The position numbers were made by a program, and so were the translations under genes. 64,000 nucleotides of DNA from Felis catus. Lineage: Eukaryota. Under the pieces are notes generated by a model that saw nothing but the letters and a program-made list of their open reading frames with translations, was not told the origin of the DNA and searched no databases. Location: assembly GCF_018350175.1 (NCBI RefSeq), contig NC_058378.1, forward strand, positions 31,558,001-31,622,000, given 5' to 3'. Positions 25,276 through 37,000 of the stretch are shown piece after piece. Position 1 is the stretch's first letter. Each line of letters opens with the position of its first letter.

Positions 25276-26986
25276 TAAAAAACCAGCCATCCGTGCTTCA
25301 CACCTTGCTTGTGTCAGACATCACTAACCCACCACCGCACGCTTTTTAAGGAGTGTACCCCGGGCCCTTCCCTGCCAGCCGTGGGGCTCAGGACGAGGCA
25401 CAGAGGTCCGCTCCAGACCTCACCTGCCTGTGTGTGGACCATCTAGCCTCAAGCCCAAACTCCGTTTACATCCCTCCGCCAACAGCCTCCCCCTGGGAAC
25501 CACCCATTCTGGACAACTACCCCTGGAGCCCAGGGGTGCACACACAGTGACATCCCTGCCAACCTGGGAGATGCTGGCACGGGTCCTCAAATCGCACTCG
25601 TGACCTCAGGCAGGGAATTCTGCAGGCCAAGGTACAGATGGCTTGCAAATAGCAGGGTCCTGGGGCCTTGGGGCGGGCAGGGGAGTGGGGTGGGGGGGCG
25701 CATGCCTTTTGTACGGTGGGCAGAGTGGGGTCCTCTAAGAGCCCCAGCACCCCTGGCTCTGACGGAGGATCGCGCACACTTCGTGGGGCGGGGATACCAC
25801 CTGGGCATGCGTGCTGATGTGCCCCTATCTTGCGCCACGGGGGACATCTCCAGTCTGTCGCTGCGCTGAGCCCGGCTACCGCGGGAGCCCTTCGTGTAGG
25901 CGCCGTCGCCGGGTCTGGGAGCAGCGCTGTGGGGCTGGAGAGGTAATTTAAAATGTCACACCATTGGGAACCTGTGATCAGTCCTCCCAGGCCGAAGGGC
26001 GGTATCTCAAAGCGGGCCTGCAGTGCTCGAGGGAGAGGGACCCAGAAACCAGCCCCGAGGACCCTCCACCCACCATTACGGCCCCACAGAGTCTAGCATG
26101 GGGGCGTCACCGCTCTGGGGAGCCTTTGGGCCCTGAGATTCTGAGGGGCACGGCCCCCTCTGCCCCTCTGGAAAACGGCAGTGAAAGCGTTCGCCTTGCC
26201 TACCTCTGGAAACAACAGGATCAGAAAATGCAAGAGACCACGATGTGGGTGCCTCCCGGGGGCGACATTGCCCCTGGGGTATTCCTGGAGCGGGGGCCTA
26301 GGGGGCCCGCTCAGCTAGCGGGACCAGATGAGCTGTTGGGTCTGCCACCGGAGTGGGCCAGAGTTTGGGTTCCTGAAAAAGCCCCCAGACCTCCACCTGA
26401 GCAGTCCTACCCCTGCTCCAGTCCCCCTGTGACCCTTTCACCCTGCAGGGACTGCTGACCAGGGCCTTGGGAAGCCCAAGCCACAGCCCTGACTAAACGT
26501 TACCCACATCCTGCTTAGGAGGTAGAAAACTGCAGAAAACTGTAAGAAAAAAGCCTAGTAGTCTACAAAGTGGGACTGTTATTTTATTTTATTTTTTTAG
26601 CTTATCAGAGGGGTGAGGTGGTCAGGCAAGCAGGTAAACTCAGTTGCAAAGAGTGACAAGCCCGTGTCAGGAGAGAGGGTCCATAGGCTATTCTCACTTA
26701 GGCAGATCATGGGACGAAGTGGTCCACATGTAAGCAGGTGAGAAAATACCAAGTTTGAAAAGAACCTTAAAGGTTAGCGTGACAGTTTGGAATCATGACG
26801 CACCCCAGGCACAAGGCGGGGTGGGGTGGGGTGGGGTGGGGGGCTGTATTTACTCATCAGCTCTTGTCCACAGGCTTCTGCTGGATGCATGCGAGAAAGA
26901 TCTAGAGGAGGACAGTAGGCCCGTGAGGTCACCCCTCGGGGCTCCAGCCAAGTTGCAGAGTGCAAATTAAGAAAGCAATACACATT

Positions 26987-27213
26987 GGGGCGCCTGGGTG
27001 GCGCAGTCGGTTAAGCGTCCGACTTCAGCCAGGTCACGATCTCGCGGTCCGTGAGTTCGAGCCCCGCGTCGGGCTCTGGGCTGATGGCTCGGAGCCTGGA
27101 GCCTGTTTCCGATTCTGTGTCTCCCTCTCTCTCTGCCCCTCCCCAATTCATGCTCTGTCTCTCTCTGTCCCCCCAAAAATAAATAAACGTTGAAAAAAAA
27201 TTTAAAAAAAAAG
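26987..27213 (+). mobile_element. Young SINEC_Fc-like element with TSD aagaaagcaata
   Basis: Nearly identical to the copy at 7606. Confidence 0.93.
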
Positions 27214-27849
27214 AAAGCAATATACACATTTACAGCGCATCGGGGACACAAACTACCTCTCCGCAGAAAACCCTAGGAGTATCTAATGGTAGACCGTTTA
27301 TGAATCCCAAGACTCAGTGTTAAGATGTCAATTCTCCCCCCAGTGATCTGTAAACGCAAGGGCATTCCAATAAAAAATCCAGCAGACTGTTTTTTGTTTG
27401 TTTTAGAATTTGATGAAGTCATTATAAAATCTTTATGGGCATAAAGAGGATTTAGAACAGCCAAAACAATTCTGAAAAGGCACCGAGGGGCAGAATATAC
27501 ACTGATTTCAGGCTTACTGTGAGAACCAGCAGTCATCAAGCCAGTACGACTGGTGTAAGAATCAACATACGTAACAGTGGGGCACACCGGAGAATCCAGA
27601 AATTGACCCATATGGCCGTAGTGCTGAGGCGATTCAATAGATGATGCCAGAAATTGGGAGGCTCCGGATGGACAAAAGTAACCCCCCAACTCTCACGTCA
27701 TATACAAAGATGGACTCAGTCCCAGCCATCAACTTAAAGGTACGAACTGAAACTATAACACTTCTAGAAGAAAACATGAACAAAAAATACCTTTGTGACT
27801 TTGGGTCAGAGATGGCACAGAAAGCACTCGCCACAAAAGAAGGGGTGGA

Positions 27850-28325
27850 CGGGGCGCCTGGGTGGCTTGGTCGGTTGAGCGTCCGACTTCGGCTCAGGTC
27901 ATGATCTCACGGTCCGTGAGTTCGAGCCCCGCGTCGGGCTCTGTGCTGACGGCTCGGAGCCTGGAGCCTGTTTCCGATTCTGTGTCTCCCTCTCTCTCTC
28001 TGCCCCTCCCCTGTTCATGCTCTGCCTCTCTCTGTGTCAAAAATAAATAAACCTTAAAAAAAAAAAAAAAAAGAAGGGGTGGACAAACTAGACAGGTCAA
28101 AAATAGGAACTTTGTTATTTTTATTTTTTTTAAGTTTATTGAGAGAGAGGTCATGAGCAGGAGTGGGGCAGAGAGAGAGAGAGAGAGGGAGAGAGAGAAT
28201 CCCAAGAAGGCTCCGTGCTGTCAGTGCAGAGCCCGACACGGGGCTCAGTCTCACAAACTGTGAGATCATGACCTGAGCAGAAATCAAGAGCCAGACTCGT
28301 AGCCGACTGAGCCACCCAGGCATCC
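27850..28325. mobile_element. Two Can-SINEs, 27850-28072(+) with TSD aagaaggggtggac and 28110-28325(-), inside an L1 remnant
   Basis: SINEC sequences with tails facing each other. Confidence 0.88.
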
Positions 28326-28560
28326 TAAAACGAAGAAGTATTCCTCAAAAGACGGTGGCAAGAAAGAGAAAACACGAGAGGAAATCTTCTCATACCATCT
28401 ATCTGGAATTGAGCCGTATCCGAAAGACCTCACAGACTCTCAAACCACCCAATAAAATCTGTGCACTTTACTAGAGGAGACGTACAATGACACGTACACA
28501 CATGAAGAGAGTGCCCCACATCGTGAGTCTTTAATGAAATGCAAACTAAGAGCCCAGTGA

Positions 28561-28706
28561 GGGGCACCTGGGTGGTTCAGTCGGAGCAGGCTCCAGACTC
28601 TCAGCTGTCAGCACAGAGCCCGATGCGGGGCTTGAACCCACGAACTGTGAGATCATGACCTGAGCCGAAGTCAGACACTTAACCGACTGAGCCACCCAGG
28701 CGCCCC
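28561..28706. mobile_element. Fused SINE heads in inverted orientation, with no tail
   Basis: A 24-nt + strand head is joined to about 122 nt of a - strand head. Confidence 0.8.
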
Positions 28707-29289
28707 GATGTGGGCAGATTTTGATAAGAAACATATGCTTCTCCTCAACCTAGTGATGCCTCCCCTCTGTATCCACAAGAGGGGAATGAAAACATTTGCC
28801 CACGAAACGACCTGGACACGAATGTCCACAGTGACTTTACTTGAAATGGACTCCCACTGGAAACAACCCGAATGTGTATCCGACAGGGACTGGATAAGTA
28901 AATTGTGACGCATCCGTGCGGTAGAATGCCACCGAGCAGTAAAAAAGCATAAACCCCTCATGTGTACATGCACGCACCATTTTGGCTGGAACTAAAAAGC
29001 CTTGTGCTTCGTGAAAGAAGTCAGACTCAAAAGACTGAACACTGGGTGATTCCATTCATAGGATAGTTTGGAAAAGACAAGACTGTAAGGACAGAAAACA
29101 TCACTGGTTGCCAGGGCTGGGGGTGGCAGAGAAGGTGGGCTGGGAAGGGGCACAAGGGAACTTTTTGGAGCGATAGAGATGCTCTCGATCTTGATGTGTT
29201 GGTGGTTGCACACGTTTGTCACACAGTTTAGAATGAGTTTTCTTGTGTGCAAAACCCTGTCCCGGTTAAAAAACAATGATTTTTTAGAA

Positions 29290-29487
29290 ACATTAAAAAA
29301 ATTTTTTTTTAACTTTAGAGGAGTAAAAGTGGGGAGAAGGGCAGAGGGAGAGGGAGAAGAAAATCTTAAGCAGGCTGTGGGCTCCGGCACAGAGCCGGAT
29401 GCGGGGCTCAATCCCAGGCCCCTGGGATCAGGACCGCGGCCAAAATCAACAGTAGGACTTTCAACTGACTGAGCCATCCAGGCATCG
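29290..29487 (-). mobile_element. Older Can-SINE
   Basis: Diverged SINEC body. Confidence 0.8.
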
Positions 29488-31223
29488 CCCCCCCCCTCCC
29501 GCCCCCCGCCAAATTTAAATCAAATAACCAAAGTAGTGGAGGATGCTTGGTCCCCCCAGGACCTCTTAGAACACGCTGCAGTGTTTCCCTAGAGGAAAAC
29601 ACCTTTCCTCCCCCAATTAGGGATTTGCCTGATCCCCAGCATCACCGTTTACTAACTGGGTAAATGCTCAGATCTGGGAAAGTCATTTTACCTCTCTGAG
29701 ACTTAGATTCTCTCATCTGTAAAACGGGCATGATTCTTACCTATCAGATTGATTGCTGATCGTATGCCAGGTACTGAGTGCTGTGTCTGGCCCTAGAAGT
29801 GCTCTAGAAGTAACAATTATTCCTTATAATTACAGCATACTTGGCTCTGCCCACGGAGGCTGCAGGCTACCAGAAGGGAAGCACGGTCCTTTTTGCATTT
29901 GTAGTTTTCCCTTCTCGTCCCTTGACCCCCAGAGGCAGCAGCTGGGCTTCTGGACTCCCTGCTTCCCCGGCCCTGGCTGGCGCCATGCTGGTTTTCCTCA
30001 GGCCACCTTTCTCCAGCCTCTGTTTCAGAGCCCTCGGCGTGCTGGTGAGTTGCTCTCTGGTGGCCGCAGAAGGCCCGTCTGCCCCCCAGACCGGGCGCCC
30101 CTTGCGGGCGGCACTTTCTCTCGATAAATGGAGTACTTGGCAGGATACACGGTGACACGGGGAGATGGTGGGTTCTCTGCCTCCCTGCAAGGTCCCCCGG
30201 GCCTTGTCTTCTCACGAGACCCTCCCCGGGCTCTGTCTCCCAGTCTGCAGCTCTGTGCACGACTCTGGGAGCTCAGCGGTGAGGGCCCAGCGCCTCCCAG
30301 GGCCCACGGAAGGGCCTCGGCCTGCATGTGGTGCTGGCGCACATCCACACGGTCCTGGTGCAGGAGGAGGGGCTGGTGGCCCTGAAGACAGGCCCTGTGC
30401 CCCGGACGCGCGGTGGAGCACTGCCAGGGAGGTGTCACGGACCCGGTAGAGACCTCCTGATGAAGGGGAGCAAGGGACAAGGTGGCCCAGCCAGTGGGAG
30501 GGCCACACCCCACCCTGGTCAGTGGGCAGAGAGAAACGGGGCTACAGGAAGCGGCACCCTGAACCCACCGGCAGAGGCCCGACTTCCCCGGGGCCCTTGC
30601 CTCCCTCCCAGTCTTGGGCCCTCCTTTCCGTAACAATGTCTCCCTGATTTCCTTGTCAGTGTCGCCTCCAGAACTCTCCCTACCACGCCCCCGCCCCCCA
30701 GACCTGATTGTCTTGTCAGAAAGGACTCTGCTTTGGCCCGCCTTTCCTTCCTACTTCTGGTCTTTTCCTCAGGCTCTTGCCAAGGAGTCCAGGAACGTTG
30801 GCCGGTCTCCGCCTGCTGCGGTCGTCAGCAGCCCCATCCGTTCAGAGGGGCTGTGCTGTTGGCGGCGAGAGCGTGGTCTTTGGAGCCACGGTTGGGGCCA
30901 AATCCCAGCCCATTAGCTATTTGCTGGAGCCCCTTCTCTGAGCCCCAGGCTCCCCTCGTAGAGCGGGGTGGGGGGGGTCGAATAAGATCGGACTTTGCAG
31001 GACTGGGAACGGTTAGCATCTCCCAGGGCTTCTTCCTCCATGAAGCCCTCGCCTTATCCTCCCAAGGCAGACTTGATGGCCTGGAGAGCGCCAAGGCGGC
31101 CAGCCTGGCCTGTTTGCCTTTCTGTGTCCAGCACAAGCCCTACGTTCGAACAGCGTTGTTACATGTATTTCTTTCCATCCCAGAGTTCCTCGGGAAAGAA
31201 GAGAGAAGGTATTGTTGGCCAGA

Positions 31224-31445
31224 GGCGCCTGGGTGGCTTCGTCGGTTAAGCGTCTGATTCTCGGTTTGGGCTCAGGTCATGAGCTCCCTGTTCACGAGAT
31301 CGAGCCCCAAGTCGGGCTCTGCGCTGCCAGCATGGAACCCGCTTGGGATTCTCTCTCTCTCCCTCCCTCTCCCTCTCTGCTGCGCCCCTGCTCGTGCACA
31401 GACACACACACTCTTTCTCTCAAAAATAAATACATAAATTATAAA
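31224..31445 (+). mobile_element. Can-SINE
   Basis: SINEC head, body and tail. Confidence 0.88.
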
Positions 31446-32559
31446 CAAAGGGTACTCCCGCCTAAAGCCTTGCCTTGCTGTTTACCATTCGAGCCTCTGT
31501 CACTCCCCTCGGGAGCCCCCAGCTGCCTCAGTTGCCCTGTCTCTGTGCTGCTGTAGCACCCAGGGCATCCGTTTGGGTGTGACCTATCCATCTCTACCGA
31601 TAACCTGAGAACCCCCGAGAGCAGGGGCTGACAGCTCAGAGCCTGGCACACAGCTGGCACACAGTAAATGCTTATTGAATCGTGGGCAGAGGTAGGAAGC
31701 ACCAAGTGGACAACTCTGGGGGAGTTTCCCATCAGACCCTAGTCTGGACGAAGGGCTCTGGCCTGGGGGCTCCCCCTCTTACCTGAAGGACGTCTCCCCC
31801 CTCCTGCAGCTGCAGACACGGTCGCACAGGGCCGGCCCGCCCGTGCTGCCGGGGTCACGTCCAAGGCGGTGGGTGACCTTCACGTCCAGCTGGGCTGTCG
31901 GCTCAGCACCCCCCTGAATGGTATCCACAGAGACCTGGAAATCCACTTCCGGGGCAGCCCTGGCGGGGGATGTCTCCCATTGTAGGGTTCCTGCTCACTC
32001 ACAGGGAGCCATTATGCAGATAATCAGGGCCCCACACCCTACCTTGGCCAAGCACTTGCTGAGAGGAAGCTAATAGAAGTCCTGGAACCCCACCACCCAT
32101 GTGGGGACAGGTTTGAGGAATACCCATTCATCGGGGGGCTCAGGCCCTCCATCCCAACCTCAGGGACCAGGCTCGGAATCTCTCCCTCCCTCGCCCGAAT
32201 TTTTGGTTTCTGTGCCCAAAGGCTCACATCCACCTGAACGGACACATCTAGGCCCAGCTGGCCCGCACACTCCTCACTGCCATGCAGCCCTGACTGCAGT
32301 GTGGGGGCCTGTGGGAGCCGGGGGAACTCGGGTGGTCCCCCCACTCCGCAGGCCTGGGCTCATGCAGTTCCCCTGCCTTTTCTTTACTCTTCTTTCAAGA
32401 CTGGGACCAGGTGTCACCTCCCTAGGAAGCACGGGTGAGTTAGTGGCACTATCCGTGTGCATCTGAAGCCGTCTGCATCCCCTGCCTTCACGTCCCTCAC
32501 GGTCTCATGAGTTTCACCTGACTATCTCCTCCCCTGGGCTGGGGCTCCTTGAGGGCAGG

Positions 32560-33250
32560 GGCCAATTTTTCATTCCGCAGTCATTCAATCAGCAAACACT
32601 TATTGAGTACCTACTGTGTACACCGGGACCACAGGAGGTGAACGAGACAGATGTGGCCCATCCCCACGGGGAGCTTATAGTTTGAGGGGGAGGCAGATAA
32701 CGAACGAGTCAGGAATGAAGTGAGGAAGATCCTTACAGATCACGGAAGGGCTAGGAGGAGCCACACCGGACAACAGGGTAGAGAAGACAGGGGTCAGCTG
32801 TCCTTGGGTAGGATGGTCGGGGTCCTCTCAGAGGGAGCGGTAACTGTGCTGAGACCCGGGGATGGGAAGGAGCGGCAGGCAAGTGCTGGAAGAGCGTCGT
32901 CACCGCTGGGAACAGCATGAATGGGTCCATGGCTCCCTGGCCTGTCAGAAAACCCACGCATTGCCTGAGTGAGGACCAAGGGAGGGCCTCACAAAGAATG
33001 AGATGGCGGCAACAGCGGGGCCTGTGGCCAGGGCAGGGCGTTGCACAAGAGAATGATGGGATACGGTTTTGAAGTCTTCTTCGCAGGGAACGAAGAGGAA
33101 GTCACGAGCAAGGACGCTGCCATCGGCCCGGAAACGGTGGTGGCCTGGACCAGGGGGTAGCAGAGGAGGAGGAAGGAAGTGAGAGTCAGATGTTGGGGAG
33201 GGATTGGCTGTGGGGTCAAGGGTGATGCCCTTGGGCGAATGAGGCGGCAT
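32560..33250. mobile_element. L2 remnant
   Basis: cattcaatcagcaaacacttattgagtacctactgtg and ggtggcctggaccaggg..tagcag motifs. Confidence 0.7.
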
Positions 33251-33588
33251 GCTGGAACAGCCGGGTCATGATGCGCTAGGACTGAGGTGTGGGGGAGCCC
33301 TGGAGGGAGCCCTGTTGAGAGGCAGGAGCTCGGGGGCAGAGGGGAGGGCTAGGCAGGTAGGTGTGGGGGTTCTCAGCTTATTGGGGGCATCTGACAGCAG
33401 GACGCTGGAAGGATGGCCACCGGGAAAGTGCCGTCAGGGGTGGGCGGACGGCCCGGGCAGGAGCCCGGTGAGTCTCTGACGGTTAAAAATCAGGCGCCTA
33501 AGCAGTGTGTGTTGGCCCAGTGCGGGACCCCGCTGGCCACGAGATGACAGCAAGGGCCAGATGGGCCTAGGGAGACCTTCAGGCACGT

Positions 33589-34045
33589 GTTACAGGTTGA
33601 ATTGTGTCCCCTCTCCCTCTCATGTGCTGAGCACCCAACCCCAGTACCTCAGAATGTGTCTTTATTTGGAATATAGCATCATCGTAGGTGTGATTAGGCA
33701 ATATGAGGTCAGACCAGAGCCGGGTGGGCCTCTAATCCAACGTGACTGGTGTCGCCCTAAAAGGGGAAATTTGGACCCAGAGACACGCACACAGGGAGAG
33801 GTCATGTGACCATAAAGGCAGAAATAGAAATCTAAGGAGGATCTCTAAGCCAAGGAAGGCTGACAATTGTTGCCAAACCGCCAGAGGCTGGGGGAGAGGC
33901 CCGGATCCGACTCTCCCTCGCAGCCCTCAGCGGGCACCCCACCCCACCGACACCTTGTTCTCAGACTGCTGGCCTCCAGAACTGGGAGACAAGAAATTTC
34001 TGTCGTTCAAGTCACCCAGTTGGTGGCATTTTGTTATGGTTAGCA
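33589..34045 (+). mobile_element. MaLR (MLT1-like) solo LTR
   Basis: Typical start tgttacaggttgaattgtgtccc, and end ctggcctccagaactg...ttgtggcattttgttatg-like. Confidence 0.85.
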
Positions 34046-37000
34046 CACTGGCCAAGAAATTTCAGAAAGGAAAAAAAAAAAAAAAGTCACGTGCCAGTTT
34101 CCCAGAAAACTGTGAACCTGCTGTGTGACCTTGGGCAAATCACGTGCCCTCTCTGGGCCTTTCCCGTAACGACGTCCCTGGCTCTGCTCGGTGCGGGACG
34201 AGGGACATAGCTCCAGGGAGACGGATGTTCCTGTGCCGGCCGGGGGCAGCGACATGGCCTGGCTCACCTCCTACTAACAGAGGCCACTTCTCCGCAGGTG
34301 CTCCCGAGTGTCCCGGGCAGCCGCAGACAGGAACGACTCCAGCAGGCGGCCCTGCTCCGGGCTGGGGAAGTCCGGGAACCCCGAGTGTGGCCAGGGGGGC
34401 CTCTGACCGAGCAGAGGTGGAGGTGCCCACCAAGAAGGGGCTGGGGCGGGGGCGTAGGTGAGACCCGGGACGAGGGCACGCGTTGGAGGCCGAGAGGGTA
34501 GAAGGAGGGCGCAGTCAGGGCTTTCAGCCCTGCAAGGATTCCGAGTAGGCTGCCCTCTAGGGGTGTCAAGGTCCCAGCCCAGGGGCAAATCCTGGGGGAA
34601 AAGGAGCTGGGGGGTTGTTTTACCTGTGTCCGAGCAGTTAGATGGAGGGAGGGGCCTCTTAAGAGGCCTTGGCTATGCCACTTGGGGGGACATTGATACA
34701 AGGCAGGGTCCACCAGCACTAGGACTGCCAAAGGCTGCGAGCTGCTGTTGAAGAGCGAGGGGTGATATCTAGGGGCTTCTGCAGAGCTGATGGGGAGGCG
34801 GGCGGGAGGGGACCCTTGGTAGAATGGCAGGGGTGACAGCACAGCTCTTCCCGGGGACCCACACATCTCCAGAGATCCCAAATGCACATCATGATTGGAT
34901 TCCTCGTTGCAGTTGGTGCAGGAGTCCAATTCTGCATCTGGGTTAACGTGAAGGGCGGAGCAGGGGGCAGAGGCCGAGGGGCCCGAGACGCCGTCTGCAG
35001 GAGCTCCGGGAATCTGTAGGCTAGGGAAATTGGGAAGGTTCCTGGAATGCCACGGCAGGGGGTGCAGGGTCCCAGAGCCACACGGGACTAAATACTGGGC
35101 AGGGGCTCTGGACCAGGAACCTGGAATGCTGTTTTCCGCCATGTGTGTTAATACTGAACTTGGGCCTGACGTCGGCAGCTCGTCAGTTTGCGAGGTGCTG
35201 TCACTAAATGATTTTGTTCTGTTTTATTCTCCCACTTTATACGTGTGGACATCGATGTCCTGAGAGGTAAAGGGACCAGTAAAGGGAAGGTGTTTGGAGC
35301 TGGAATGGGAACCCAGGTGCAGGGGGGGCTCTGTCCCTTTCAGGCCAGGAGGGAAAGGATTTGTCTAAGTCCCCTGGACCAGAGAGACACAGGTGACTCC
35401 AAGGGCCGTTCTGAGGGACACCTACTCCCTGCCTCAATTCAGGTGCCCGAGGGCTTGGGGGAAGGCAGAGGTGTGGCTGGGGATGTGACCATAGGGGAGA
35501 GAAGAGGGGCATTATGGCTGGGACAGTGCCCAGGGACCCAGCTTCCACTGCCTAGAACATCCCAGGGCCTCCACCTCAAGTCTTTTCTTCTTTAAGAAAT
35601 TATGCAAGAAATTATATGCTCATTATTGAAAAAAAAAATCTGGAAACCAGATGAGAAAAAAAAAATCCATATTCCTACTTAGCAGTAATCACTGTTACCC
35701 GTTTGGTTATCCTTCTAGACACATGCAGATATGTGCATGTATGTGCATGCGTGTGTGCGCGTGCACGCGCACTCACCCGCGCCTGGACGCTATCGTGCAT
35801 GCCATCAGAAATAGGCTTCCCTCCCCCTCCGCCCCTGCGGCGATGTAAGAGGGACAGCTTGCCAATCTGAAACATGTCAAGCCGCCTCTTCATCCTTAAT
35901 GACACATAATACCCCATTATATGGCTAGATGATCATTTATCTAACCAAATCCTCTAGTACTGGAAATTTACATTGTTTTAAAATTTTGGTATCATAAACA
36001 ATGACATAGGGTAAGTCTGTTTCCACTTACCTGGTTTTTCTTAGGAGACATATCCAGAAGTGAATCTGAGCGAAAAACATACCCAAACCACATTCGGAGG
36101 GCCCTGAACGTATATTTCCCGATTAAGGCAATTGGGAAAGAGTGTTCCAGAAAGGCTGTTCAGATTTTAGTCTCTCCAATGGTGTAATAGGACTGTAGCC
36201 CAAACATTCTAAATTTGGATTTTCATCATCTTCTCTCAGAACTCTTAGAGAAGTCTTAGGCATCCAAATGGATGACATTGCCAGAACTTTTTGAATTTAC
36301 TGTCTGCACGGCAAGAACTTGGCATTCATAGCAATGTTCCCAGAAGCCTAGCGCATTTGAGGGGCCTTCTGGATCACCACCACAGCTGATCTCAACTTGC
36401 TAAGTGGTCAGCAGGATAGAGGGGGACAGAATACCGGTCGAGGAGGCAGGATACCCAGGTTCTAGTCCGACTCTGCCTGTCTTCATGTCGGACCACCTGT
36501 CATCTGTCACCTGCAAGACGGTGAAAAACATCTGTGGCCCGATCCTTTCATGGGACCGTTGTGAAGATGTATGGGAGAGTGGCCAGGAGAAGTTTTTGTG
36601 TTAGTCTGTTCCTTGTGTAATGAGTCGCCCAGAAAATAGGTATGGTAACAGTAATGTGGTTTGCATTCTAGACGAATGTTTGGAAATGGGTGCTTGAGTG
36701 TAGGGGTATATATTGCTAACATTTATTGAACACATACTATGTGCCAGGCACTGTGCCACGCCCTTCACCTAATAGCTCACTAAATCCTTATGACAACCCT
36801 ACGAAGTTGGTGCTGCTCTTATCCCCACTCCACAGATGAAGAACTGAGGCTCAGAGAGGTTGACTCACTTGCCTAAAGCCACACAGCTAGCAAACAGTAG
36901 ACACAGTCTCCATATAAGCAGTCGAAGAGAGGCCATGCAGTGGACAAAACACAAGCCTGGGATTCTGTATGTGGGACAGCCTGGGTCATCCAGTAAGTGA

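Larger units (their letters stand above)
27240..29280 (+). mobile_element. Decayed L1 (ORF2 end and 3'UTR), interrupted by SINEs
   Basis: L1M-like motifs: aagatgtcaattctcccc, cagccaaaacaattctgaaaa, ggaaacaacccgaatgt. Confidence 0.8.

Noticed and set aside
30250-30640. Protein-like stretch HVVLAHIHTVLVQEEGLVALK
   Set aside because: No recognisable homolog and no convincing exon boundaries; a tBLASTn search would be needed.
32945-33250. Protein-like ORF (RFRADGSVLARDFLFVPCEEDF)
   Set aside because: Lies within an L2 remnant.
34264-35142. 292-aa - strand ORF
   Set aside because: Pro/Ser/Leu-rich composition expected by chance in GC-rich DNA; no motif or splice support.
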